NCBI GenBank assembly: GCA_036172245.1
Contig: JAYWIR010000011.1
Coordinates: forward strand, 4,464,001-4,528,000
Length of the DNA stretch: 64,000 nucleotides
Direction: 5' to 3'
From: Raillietiella orientalis
Lineage: Eukaryota
Within the stretch, counting starts at the first letter, position 1, and each line of letters starts with the position of its first letter. Shown one piece after another: positions 52,471 through 63,314 of this stretch. The translations under genes and the position numbers were made by a program. The notes under the pieces were generated by a model. That model saw only the letters and a list, made by a program, of their open reading frames with translations. It made no database searches and had not been told where the DNA came from.

Positions 52471-54383
52471 TCACTGAAATGTCTCTAAATCCTGCCTGGC
52501 TGAACGTATCTAAAATAATAGATGCATTCGATGTCAGCTGACTTTTTTTTGGCCTGGTTCATCACGGCAAGCCAAACTTATGGAGTTTCCGCGTGTACCA
52601 AATGAAGATGAAAAACTGAAGTGTGGTTGACGAAACGCTCGAACCAGAGAGTGGCTCACCACATCGGCGTGGTCGCATGAAAAAGTCGAGTCTTTGCCTT
52701 TTAACGATCTTCTTGTCAACACACTTGAGTTTGACTCCCATTTTGAAAACCGTATCTCGAAAAATCGACTTCGAAACCAGAGCTGAGGAAATGAAGCCCT
52801 ACATAATTTTAAATAACCTGTAGCTTTGTAATTCTTCCAAAAATAAACATTTACCTAATATTTATTTCTCAGAAAAAATCACCTATCGCATAGCAGTTTT
52901 ATTTTTTAGATACAATATCTTTAAATAAATCTTGAAAATGCGTCAATCCCGAGTATCTTGAAAATAAATCAATTATTGAAAATTTTGACTTTTTTTTTTT
53001 TCTTTTTTAGTAAGCACACACATAGTAGCATACAGGGATACGAGCCATATAATAATATATTTGAGTTGCATGTATTTGTGAATTAGAAATAGAACCACTA
53101 GTTGAACCTATTCGTTGAGAGAACCTGAGGTCATGTAATTGTTTTGGAAGACTCGTAAGATGTGTTGGTCCTGGACCTCGTTTTCGTAAATTGGTTCGGC
53201 ATCCGGTTGCTCCGGGGCGTTTATTTATACAAAAACGAAACGTGCAAGTCTGTGGCATGACCAAGCGTCCTGCCACCGACTTGCATGTTTATCCCAAAAA
53301 TATGTGCAAAAAAACTGGGAGGGTTCGGGAAGGGATCACTGGGCGCTGGAGGGCGTCTTCTGCATCCTCGTAAGGACGCCGGAAAGTTCCTGTTTCGTGG
53401 CTCCCAGATGGGGCCATCTTGACGCTGTTCTCATGAGGAGGACGGCGAAATAGATGGCGTCCCTGTCGTCCTGACCTCCTCTGGCGTTACTGCTCCATGC
53501 AGCCACGGTCCCGCAAAGTGCTGCTGGATATCCGGCCGGCGTGAAGGCGTCGCGCAGCAAGAGACGCTTCAGAAGGTCTCTTTCGCCGCATCTGCTACAG
53601 TCGGGGCTCACACTCCCCTGGGTCCAATGGTGTCGGAGGGTGTTGCACGGGAGGCCCCAATGCAACAGCGGGGTCTCCGACTCCTGCCACTTCAAGGGGA
53701 CGGTAGCACTGTTCCAGCACGCTGAAGCCACAGTACCTGCTCCGGAGAAATTTCTAGTAGCTCTCCCCAGCGTAGCAATCCTTTTGAAGGAACGCTCGGG
53801 GTGGCAGCATCTGTGGCTCTCCCGAGTTGCCTGCGTACCCAGATGTTTACTTTTCTTTCCGATGTTTCCTTTTCTTTCTTTCTTCCCGACACCCTGTGAG
53901 TTCCCTTGCCGTATCCAAAAGCGACGGCGGATCTTCCAACATCCATTCAAGGTGCACATTCTTTCTGGAGCTCCCGGTTGACGATGTTTCAAAAAGTAGA
54001 CACACCGTCATGTTGTCACGAAAGCAGAGGTTGATGATCTCTGTATTTATTGATCCGTGCTGCCAAAAGAACTGCGTTTCTGCTCAGTGAATGCAGAAAG
54101 GCTCGATTTGGTCTTGGACCAGCTGCGCTAGAAGGCAGGACTCCTGATTTGGTACTTTTGCTTGACGACCCGTCTGCCACTATTGTGCAGGCAGATGCAT
54201 TTTCGCGGTCGCCAACGAAATGGCACAGCCTTAGAAAGAATGAGGTCGTGCGCAAAGATTGGTGCACGTTGCTGTCAGCCAGCCGGGTGCGTTGTTTCCA
54301 TCACCTATCCTGAGACCTCCGGACGGATCACCGGATTCCACGAGTGACTTGCAGCCGAAATGAAGTTCCTTGAAGTTCTGAAT
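51738..54383. repeat. Long inverted repeat: arms 51738-52233 and 53888-54383 (496 bp each), 1654-bp spacer
   Basis: Arms are reverse complements with about 5 mismatches by eye; the same ORFs appear on opposite strands in the ORF track. Confidence 0.97.
53203..53887 (-). mobile_element. Tx1/L1-type LINE 3' portion (zf-RVT-like domain and 3' UTR)
   Basis: 'WNSATVPLKWQ...LLHWGLPCN.LRHHW...SPDCSRCGE.DLLKRLLL'; ends in AATAAACGCCCCGGAGCAACCGG; homologous to 2341-3150. Confidence 0.65.
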
Positions 54384-54859
54384 GCTTGAAGGCACTTTGG
54401 AAAGCAAGAAACAAACCAAATGCATCCAACGCTACGGGGGGCAGCTTTTTTTTTTAGAACCGGATCGAAAGACTTCAGCGGAAGAGATGTTCCCTAGTTT
54501 TCCGAAGATGATGAGGGACATGCAACATGTAAAGCTCAGAGAATGCGCTTATGGTCAACCTATTATTTATCTTTCCAACGACAAACGATGCGATGACGAT
54601 GCGACGGAAAAGCATTTTGTTAGGTCGCTTTGATCTTCGCGAAATTCTTTTTGTTTACTCTGTGGCAGCATAAGACGGATGCGCCCCGCTCGTGTTGTGT
54701 GAGCAGCCGATGTTTCTTCCTCCTTTCGGCCTTCAGCTTTTTCCTCTGTCGACTTCCTGTCGACTCGGCATCAGCGGGAAACCCTCGCGCTGGACACAGG
54801 GCATCGCTGATGCTGACCTCTCTCGAAAGTGATCCTTGCTGCCGCAAGCATCCCTGAAC

Positions 54860-54999
54860 AACGGCCCATCTGCTGCCGTGGCGGACTGCTCCGGTGAGCC
54901 GCCAGGCTTCCGTCAAATTGCGCGTGGTTGGACCACCGGCCCAGCCACAGTTCTCATGAAATGTTGATTCCTTGAAGTAAACGCCCCGGCGCACCCGGG
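54860..54999 (+). mobile_element. 5'-truncated 3' UTR fragment of the same LINE family
   Basis: TCTGCTGCCGTGGCGGAC...AATTGCGCGTGGTTGGACCACCGG...AAACGCCCCGGCGCACCCGG aligns with the reverse complement of 2341-2490. Confidence 0.7.
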
Positions 55000-55380
55000 T
55001 GGGAAGCCGGGATCCCTTCGCGAAGGATCTTTCACGGGAATGCTTTGTTCCACTCGAAGTTCGCCGCAGCGCGAATTCGCCGATCGCGCGACCTTCCGCA
55101 ACTTCCTTAGGGACGGTCCAGAAGTCACCTTTTCCGAAAATTCCCGCGGGGATTCGATCGCGCCGGTGTTGGTCCGAACGGGAGATGGGCCGAACGGTGC
55201 GTTTCGGAAGGGCGCTTTTGGACAATCCTCCTCGAGCCAATCTCGTATTTCTTCGGGCCCGGCACCCTTTGCTTCCTGTGCGCGAGCGGGGCCCACTTTT
55301 CTCCGTGTGTACACACACGCAGCGGGGCCGAGCAACGCCACCACGGGCGAAAGAATACTTTGTTTACTTAGCCGCGGCCG
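55000..55380 (-). mobile_element. Decayed hAT transposase remnant
   Basis: 'EEIRDWLEEDCP..PF..APF' then, after a frameshift, 'FWTVP....EFAL..TSS....RERSF'. Confidence 0.45.
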
Positions 55381-55472
55381 CCGAACAATCGCCATTCTTC
55401 GCGACCGTTTTCGTGTCCGGAGGCGGTTCATGGCGCTGCGCACACGCCATTCCATTCTACAGTCGCAACCCC

Positions 55473-55910
55473 ATGGAGGATTTCGAAACCCGTGGGTCGC
55501 CGCCGATCGCTGAGGGAGCACCCGCGAGCGGCGGTATGGAAGTGACCACCAGTGTGGAGGCCAACAATCTGTACGTGGCGAACCTGCCCGTCGCGTGCAA
55601 AGACAAGCTGAAGGAGCAGCTGGCGAAGTACGGCCGGGTGATCTCCGTGCGCCTCCTGACCAGGACGCACAGACACGCTTTGTGCAGCGCGTTGATACGG
55701 ATGGGGTCGTCGAGTAGCTGCAACAGAATAATCGAGGAGCTCGACGGGATCGCGGTGCAGGAGCTTGACCCGAACATCGTGGGGACGAACAAGGTCGTCC
55801 GAGTCAGCTTCGCACACCGCAGGAGCGTTCAAAGGAGAAACCCGCAGCAGGTCAGTCGGTGCAAGCGCGAGGAGATGTCCCTGGAAGCGGGCGCGTGGGA
55901 CACGGCGTAG
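55473..55910 (+). CDS. Divergent single-RRM protein, alan shepard/RBMS RRM2-like
   Basis: Acceptor CTACAG ending 55462, ATG at 55473; 'NNLYVANLP....LKEQLAKYGRVISVRLL....IRM.S...CNRIIEELDG....VRVSFA'. Either stops at 55910 or splices at CAG|GTCAGT (55850). Confidence 0.7.
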   Translation: MEDFETRGSPPIAEGAPASGGMEVTTSVEANNLYVANLPVACKDKLKEQLAKYGRVISVRLLTRTHRHALCSALIRMGSSSSCNRIIEELDGIAVQELDPNIVGTNKVVRVSFAHRRSVQRRNPQQVSRCKREEMSLEAGAWDTA

Positions 55911-57089
55911 TGCGTGTTGCGCAGCCCGTTCCGTGCCCTGCTCGGGGACGCGTGCAACCCACCTCTGCGTGTTCGCGGAAACGCGGGGCAGCCCGTCCTC
56001 TCGCCGGCCCGCCCCCACACTCGCCGCAGCGGAGCAGAGCCCCGTCGACTCCGCCCCGGGCCCCGTCGTTCCCGGCGGAGGTCTGGCTCGCTCGGCTGCA
56101 GGAGAACGGGTGGCTCCCCGGTCCTGCAGCCAGAAGCGGCTTGCTTCATATATATGTGTATATACATATTTTTTTTGCATGTGTGCGTGCGTGTGTTTCC
56201 GCCCTCGGCACTTCCGCGCGTTACATTCCCCCCCGAGCGTTGTCGCTCCTCCGGGCGCCTAGCGTGGAAGAAGGGCAGAGACTCTGGCGCGACGCAAGGC
56301 TCCCAGATGCGTTTCGGTCGCCAGGCCGCCAGCGCGCCGAAGGGCAGCTCGCCGTCCAAAGTGCAAGAACAGTCTTTTCGCAGCCCCGCTGCCCGCGAAC
56401 GTCTTCCTGCGGAAACTCGATGCGCGTCGAGCGCCTCCACCGCGTGTCATGACGTCACCGGTACGTGAATCGGAAACTGGTACATCGCACCTCTCCTCCG
56501 CTTTTAATAGATTTGCATCGCATTGCTCGACTTTTTTTTTTGATTATTATTATTGCCATTAATATAGAACGTTACATGTCAACGGAGATTTACAGCAGCT
56601 GAAGCGTCTGATCTTTCCTTAAGGCACGCTTAAGTGTGTTGGCACCCTTGATCCATTCTAAATTTAATGGCGGTGGATAATCAAGTAAATTTGCTGGTAG
56701 TACGTATTAATGTGCAGTTTCAGGCAAATTAAAATCGAGGATTTGTACGACTTGCACTGTCGGATCGAATGCTACCCGGAATGCCCCCTGCAGCATCAGC
56801 GCCCTCTTTGCTAAGCGTTGCGTGCACGGCTGTTTCTGGAAAACCACGTGGATGTCGCGTTCGAGTGATTCAGCCCGAGCCTTCGTCTCGAAAACGGGGA
56901 ACCCTATCCAGCCTCGCCAACACCCCCTTCTCCCCTCACCGGCCAGGTAGCGGTAGCGCCCACTTGCCCTGTTGACCAAACCCAGAAGCGAGTCGAGTTT
57001 CTTTTTCCGACACTTTTCGAACTCCGTTCCGCCCAGTGCCACCAGCTCTCCCCGGCTGGGGTCGACCCATTTTTTCGTGATTGGTGGCA

Positions 57090-58440
57090 ATCAGCAGCGT
57101 TGCCCCATTGCCGCCCCGGCGGACCAGCGGATCTCGGGCCGACCTTGCGGACGGGCAGTTTTTCTCGCGACCTCTTGTGGCAGCGCAGGGAGGACGACGG
57201 ACGGCATCCGGGACGCCCACCACTGCCGTCGAGGCGGCTCGGCGCACGCGGACGGCGTCGGACGGACAAGGGGCAGTCTTCCGTGGCCCTCCTCGCGCAT
57301 GTGCGAACGAATGGTCCGTCGAAGAGCTTAGCCGACAATCCGGCAGGAGCGCAGGGGAAGGTTCGCGCCTCGTCCAACCGTCGCCCGCCATCTTTTCGGC
57401 TTCGCTTTCGCTCGAGAGCGCTCCGCCCTCACCTTCTTCGATGAATTCCGCGAAGGACGGAGCTCCCGCTTTCCTCTCTTTTCCCCCCTTTTTTCTCTTC
57501 CCTCTGTCTCTCGCTTCCCCCCTCTCCTTCTCTTCCTCCTCAGCTTTTACCTCTTGGCGTAGTTTGCCGCAGCAACCTGCAGAAAAAGTCTTTCCATCCT
57601 CTCCTTGGCTGTCAAGATGTTAAAAGTGTGGTCGCTTTTTTGTGGCTTCGGCATGCGCAAAGCATCATTGGGGACCTCCGTTTCCGCCACCGCCGTAGCA
57701 GCAGTACGTGTATTCCTCTTTCCTCCTCCTTCCACCTTTCCTCTCCCTCCCTTCTTCCCTCTTCTTACTTCCTCCCTTCCACCTTTTTTCCCTTCCTCCT
57801 CACCTCTCGACATGGACGCGTCTGATGGCGCTGTCGGGGTGGGGGATGAAGTAGGGAGGGGAACCTCAGCGAAGGACATGACTTCTGCCGCCTCCCTGGC
57901 AGCTTGCCCTTGTGCGCTTCTTGCGCACGCGCGACCCAGGACGCCCCTGAGATGCAGGCCCCACCTCCGGGTGGGTGCAGTACCAGCGGGCCCGTCCGTT
58001 CCGGGGGCCAGAGGGGCTGCTAGAGGGTGGATGCCGCTTCCTTCCCACGGTCTCTGGCGCAGCTCCGCTCAGGAAGGGGGAGCGGGAAAGGGAGGGAGGG
58101 AACGGGGCAGTCGTCTGCCGAAGTTACGTGGCTTTGCCCTGCTCGCGGCTCCTCGTCGCCTCGAAGGGATGCCCGCGGGGGGGGCGAATGTGCCTCGCCA
58201 TGGCGCTTCGGCCTTCTTCCTCCCGGGTCTCGGTCTCCCCTCCGCCTGTCGCGGGCCCAGGACCTCTTCAGAAATGCCGGGGAGCAGCCGCCTCGCCTCG
58301 CGGAGGAGTTTCGCGTCTTCCCCGGAGGCGCCTCTCGCCTGCTCCCTTTCGCGTCCCTGCGGATGCCGCGGGGGAGTCCCCGGATCGCTGGTCTGCTCTC
58401 CCACGCGTCTGCGTCGGGCAGCGGGTGTAGCGCGCTAGCA
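57090..58440 (+). pseudogene. Decayed NHL-repeat sequence(s) interrupted by a CT-rich tract
   Basis: 'GSRADLADGQFFSRPLVAAQGG', 'GEGSRLVQP', 'FRGPEGL', 'GNGAVVCRSYVALPCSRLLVASKG', 'GPGPLQKCRGAAASPRGG'. Confidence 0.45.
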
Positions 58441-59119
58441 AGTGCAAGCGCATGCTGACGGGGCCGGGGAAGGGGAGGGGCGCTCCCCCGCGTGCCCGCC
58501 CTCAGCGGCGGCTCCCCTGTCGCGGTCGTCCGCTGCACGTGTGTCCGTGGGCGCGCGTGAGCGTACCGCGGTCACCGGGTTCCCCGTCTCCCGCAGATGG
58601 CGCTTTCAGCGACGGGCTTTCCGCTTCCCGGACTCCTCCACCTTGCTCCCCACCGGATCAGGAACAGGGCAGGACGGGTGCCCCCCCATCCCATGAGCGC
58701 GGGAAGCGCGCTCATTCCCCGTGCGTTCTTCTTGTTTCCTCCAGGATCCGAATTTCCTCCCAGGATGCTGCAACCGCGAACCGGAAACGTATTGTATATG
58801 GTCATCCCATTTCCATCTAGAGGTAACTAGGCAACAGGCGCGCCTCCGGGACGGGCGTCGCTGAGCAACGGTCTCTTCCCAGCTGCCGCATCAGTCTTCG
58901 CCATGTTGGTGTGTCGCTCCCAACCCGTTCTTGAGCGGCGTCCCCTCCCTGCTTTGGGAGGCAGCACCGCCTGCTCCAGTCCCCGTCTCACTGGTGAGAG
59001 ACCCCTTCCAACCCTTCCTCCCACCCTTTTGCCCCCGAGCGGTTCGTTTTCCTTCGGCCGGGAAACAGCAGCGCGACGAGCGCTGAGGCCCGCCGTCCGG
59101 TCCGGGTGCCTCCCCGCTG

Positions 59120-60345
59120 CCATTCTCCTCGGAAGGAAGGGGTCGCGGGGGGGGGGAGAGGTGCGCACCGAACTGCAGCCCTCTTCCTCCGGGTCGGGTG
59201 TGGAGGGTGTTGGGCTGGCAAGTGGCTCCCTACGAGAAGGAGAGGGGAGGAGGGGTCTCGTCCCTCGTCTGCCGCCCACGTCGTTCCGGCTGGGCCGGGA
59301 GAGGTCCCTGCCGGGCCGTTTCCTGGGTTCCGGAGGCCTTACCCCGAGGTCCTGCGAGGAATAAGGGAGCGCCGCTCCTCCGCTCCCACACGCCGTGCTG
59401 CTCCCCTGCTAACCTCCGCGCCTGGAGGGGAGAGGGTCCTTTTTTTCCTCCCCTCCTCCCCCTGAGGACATGTCGATGGCGCCGTCTGGACGTTCGTCCG
59501 GGTCAGCGCACTGATGGAGCCGTGGGTCGCGGAGCCTGGCGTCTCGGTGGAGCCTCCGGGGAGAGGGGAAAGGGCAGAGGGAAAAAAGAACGGGAAAAGA
59601 GCATCTAGGAAGGGGAAGGACCCGGCTGAGTCCGGGTTTCGCCCTCCTCCGTTCACCGCTGTCGCCCCGGGCGTTGACCCGAGGGATGGCAGAGTGAAGA
59701 TGGGCCGGTCGCCCAGTCAACGGGGGCTCGGGGTACGCATCTTACCTCCAGGGTTCGCTCTCCCCGCTCTCTCCTTGCCGAAACGGCGTGAGCGGAAGGC
59801 CTGGTCGCTTGTCACTGCGGGCGGCACGCGGCGGGGCACGTGCCCCGGGGCAGGGACGGCATTCCCGTGCCCGTCCTGTCCTCCGCTCTCAGGATGCCAA
59901 GGTGCAACCGAGACCTCCCGGGGCGCGAAGAGCGGGGGCTCATGAACGTCCCCATGCCTCCCAGCGTCCGAGTTTGCCCGAGGGTCCCCCCATGGTCAGC
60001 ATCGCGGTCAGTCATCGCGACTCGAGGTGTTCGACCGTCATCCCGGAGCGCCTGCTCTCTTCCCGGAATCTTCCAGATTCAAGAGGTGCGCGGGCTCTGC
60101 GTGCCGGAGGGAGCGAAATCGGAGCTGCGGTTACCCCCTGCCCCACGGTCCTTTCTGATTCACCCCGGCAGATCGCCCTTTCGGATGCTCCTGGGAGAAG
60201 TTCCCCTGCCGGGAGCGACGGGAAAGTCGCTGTGGTGGACTCCGGGAATCAGCTGTTGAACGCCCGTCCTACCTTGCAGATCCTGGATTTCCCCCTCCCG
60301 GAGGTGTGCCTACCCATCCTGCCCACCTACGGCCCGCTCATGTGA
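59120..60345 (+). pseudogene. Decayed NHL beta-propeller, TRIM2/TRIM3-like blade order
   Basis: 'LLGRKGSRGGGE', 'FRLGRERSLPGRFLGSGGLT', 'GFRPPPFTAVAP.VDPRDGRV', 'VSHRDSRCSTV', 'SPRQIALSD...DGKVAVVDSGNQ'; frameshifts and in-frame stops, no introns evident. Confidence 0.55.
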
Positions 60346-61007
60346 AACATCTGCCGGCGTCCAAGCCCCACCGGATGCGCAAGCGCCGTGGGTCGGCGCA
60401 TCCCGGGAACAGAATAGACAGGATTCTCCCCCTCCCTCCTCCTCCCGCAGGAGCGCGCACGGAAGTGCCGCGGTCGTGTGCAATAAAACAAAAAAGAAAC
60501 CCCCACCGCCTCCCTCTGCCTCCGGCGTTGCCCCACTGGCCGCGGGATCTCCCGTGCTGCTGCTTCTACTCCCACGGCGGGTCGCGGGTGCGCCACTTGC
60601 CCCGGGAAACAGCGAAGTGGCATAAGACTTCCAGGTTCCCGGGATTTTCAGGTTCCACGTGGACCATCCCCGCCGATGCCCGGCGCGGACCCCCGGCCGC
60701 TTCCCGCCCGCGGATCCGTCGGGCTTCAGGCCTCCGGGCGGAGGCAGATTACCGAGAGTCCTCGCGCCGCCACCGCATCAGCGGGAGCGGACCGCCGCCC
60801 GCGGCGAAGCTGCTGCCTCTCCCTCCCTTCTTCCCTGGCGAGGCGTCGCAGAAACAAGCGCTCTGGTGCTGCTGCAGCGGTTTTGTCCGAGGAGCAAAGT
60901 GCCCCCTGGAATAGAAAATTTCTTCCCTCCCGGCGGCGGGAGTCCATTGCTGGATGGAAGGTGGAAGCGAGCTTTTCCGATCCCGTCACTGCAAGTGCCG
61001 CCTCGGC

Positions 61008-61905
61008 CCGCGTTGGCGGACGCGTGGCTGAGGCTGCTGCGCGCGCGGCACCGGGCGTCGCGGGTTCGAATCCCGCCCGAGGAAGGATCGATACGCCGAG
61101 AACGGGGGACGAGGGGGAGTTTCGAGTTTCCCTGCAGGATGGCGTTGGTTGGCCTACTGGGGTGCGACACCGGTGGAAGCCCGAAACCCCCGGAATGTTT
61201 CCGTTGAGTGGCCGGGATTGGCAACTCCGGAAACTCGAAGTGAAACGGATTTCGCTGAAATACGTTTCAGCGAAAAAGGGGAAGTCCAGCAAGTTTTGGC
61301 CACTTCGAAACTAGAAACGATATGGTAATTTTTGTGTCCTCTGACAGCGTCCCCTTCCTTTCAGGAAGATAAGACTTCAGCTTCTTCTCCAGTCAGTGGA
61401 CCCTTCAAGGTCCCTCCAGGAATCGAGGATCAAGGACCCTCCTTCGAATACCTTGGAGCTGGTTGATACCCCCTCGAGGGGTCGCCTCTCTGGGAGTATC
61501 GAAGAGCGTGCTGCTCCCTCCGGGGAGCTCCCTTGGGGGTTTCCTCTTCAGAGGAGGAGGAAACCAGAAGCAGTTCCCTTGCGGTTCCTCTCCGGAGAAG
61601 AAATTCCAGGAGCGGACCCTTTCCAAGTTTCCGTGCGGAAAAGAAATGAGAACTGAACCCACCTTGGGGGTCCCTCCGGAGAGAACAAGGAAGAGAAGGT
61701 TCCCTTGGGGGTGTCCTCCCAAGCTTGAGATGAACGGACTCCTTTCTACGGAACCCTCCTGGATGCATAGGGTGGTCCTTTCCTAACTTGAAGGGTTGAG
61801 CGTATCCTCTAGTGGTGTGGAGCAGTGTTGAAAGAGCTTCGTGAGCCCCCCTGAAGGAGGCTGTTGAGGTTCTTGAGGACCAGAAAAAGGAAAAAATAAA
61901 AAAGC
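61008..61905 (+). mobile_element. tRNA-headed SINE-like repeat, copy E (insertion at ~61210-61395, A-rich tail)
   Basis: GTGGCTGAGG A-box-like, B box 61063-61074, body colinear with copy D, tail AAAAAGGAAAAAATAAAAAA. Confidence 0.78.
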
Positions 61906-62059
61906 TAGAAGGAGAGCAGTGAAAACAGGAGAACCCCAAAGCATTTCCATTGCGAGGGCATGCCCTTCAGCATCCACGTTCCTCTTCTGCCCACGCGCTC
62001 GGTCCAGTACCGTCTTTGCCGTGGAGCAAGTCCGAGGTTCTCTTGCGGGAGAGCTTGAC

Positions 62060-62296
62060 GCTCCCAGCACGTCCGTGACGCTGCAAGTGGGGAAAAAAAA
62101 GAAGGGCAACGCGGCCATCCGGGAACCCAGGGGGGTCGGCTGTTCGGGGCGGCAGCAGGGTGCATGCGGCACGACAGCTGCCATGCGCCCTCCGCGGCGG
62201 CCCGGAGTGGCGTTGCGGGCACTTCCGCCCAACGGCGGCTGCTCGAGTTGGATCGCGGGCCGAGGCCGAAGGAGACGAAACCGCGCGCGCGGACGA
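62060..62296 (+). pseudogene. NHL blade remnant cut by a TIR element (may resume at 63315-63968)
   Basis: 'LQVGKKKKGNAAIREPRGVGCS....LRALPPNGG...IAGRG'; downstream 'LRQPTVD', 'SGELADSVNDTKW', 'GAGVTSDSRVV'. Confidence 0.5.
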
Positions 62297-63314
62297 GTGC
62301 GACGGTTCCAGATCCCGAACGATCATGAAAATCTATACGTACACTTACTTATTACCTATTTTAATATGTAGATTCATATACAGATTTTTTGAACACACAT
62401 CATTAATATGCACCAACGCACATGTTAATATAATTCACACAGGTAATATATATTAATACACCTGTATTAAAATATATTGCCTGCATAGGTACTAACTGTT
62501 ACAAAAATGTTTGCATATGTATTGATAAATGTGATAAATATGTAATAAATGGTTACAAATATGGAATGGGAAACTCATTTGTCGTGGATCAAAATTTCGA
62601 AAATGGAATTCGTTTCCTGGGGAAGTTTCATTTGTAGCGCGTTGGAAATGACGGAAACAGAAATACCAAAATACCATACCATTTTTGTTTTTTTAATGCG
62701 TTTGCTTTTTTATTTTTTTTCCATTATTTTTAATTGCCACCATTATTTTTGAAAATTCGCTATTTCTACATTTATTTAACATGTATTTATATATTAATGT
62801 ATATTATAAGCATGTTTATTTTTATAATCTTAAATATATATTAGTACACTGATGTATGTTATTGATTATATTAATATGAAATAAATAGTACAAATGCTAA
62901 TTAATATCTTCATGGATGTTAAAGTAAATATGTATATTAATCTGTGTATATAAATATATAAATAAATGATAAATATATATATATATACGCGTAAATGTTT
63001 ATTATGCATATTAACACACGCACACACACATACACACATATATATGTATATATTAATATACATAATAAACATTTTCATGTTCTTTATAATATGTATATTT
63101 ACATATTAATATATAACCAACATTACATTTGTTTCTAATCTTCATGATATATGTAATAACATGATATTTGTACATAATCGATGTACAAATATATATAATA
63201 AACACATATATATATTAGACTTTTTCATTAATATGCATTAATCTAATTAATAAGTACATATATTTATTTTATGGCCTTTTGAGATTTCGACATTCAGGAT
63301 TTTGACCGTCACCG
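62297..63314. mobile_element. AT-rich non-autonomous TIR element (MULE/foldback-like), copy 2
   Basis: Left GTGCGACGGTTCCAGATCCCGAACG versus right GAGATTTCGACATTCAGGATTTTGACCGTCACCG; right end resembles 20340-20375. Internal minus-strand 'HFQRATNETS...EF....FPFH' weakly recalls the MULE DFE.A..NA...C.FH core. Confidence 0.55.

Noticed and set aside
54999..55472. N-terminal extension of the 303-aa ORF upstream of the RRM
   Set aside because: It is the antisense of a hAT remnant, and a splice acceptor plus ATG at 55462-55475 gives a better start.
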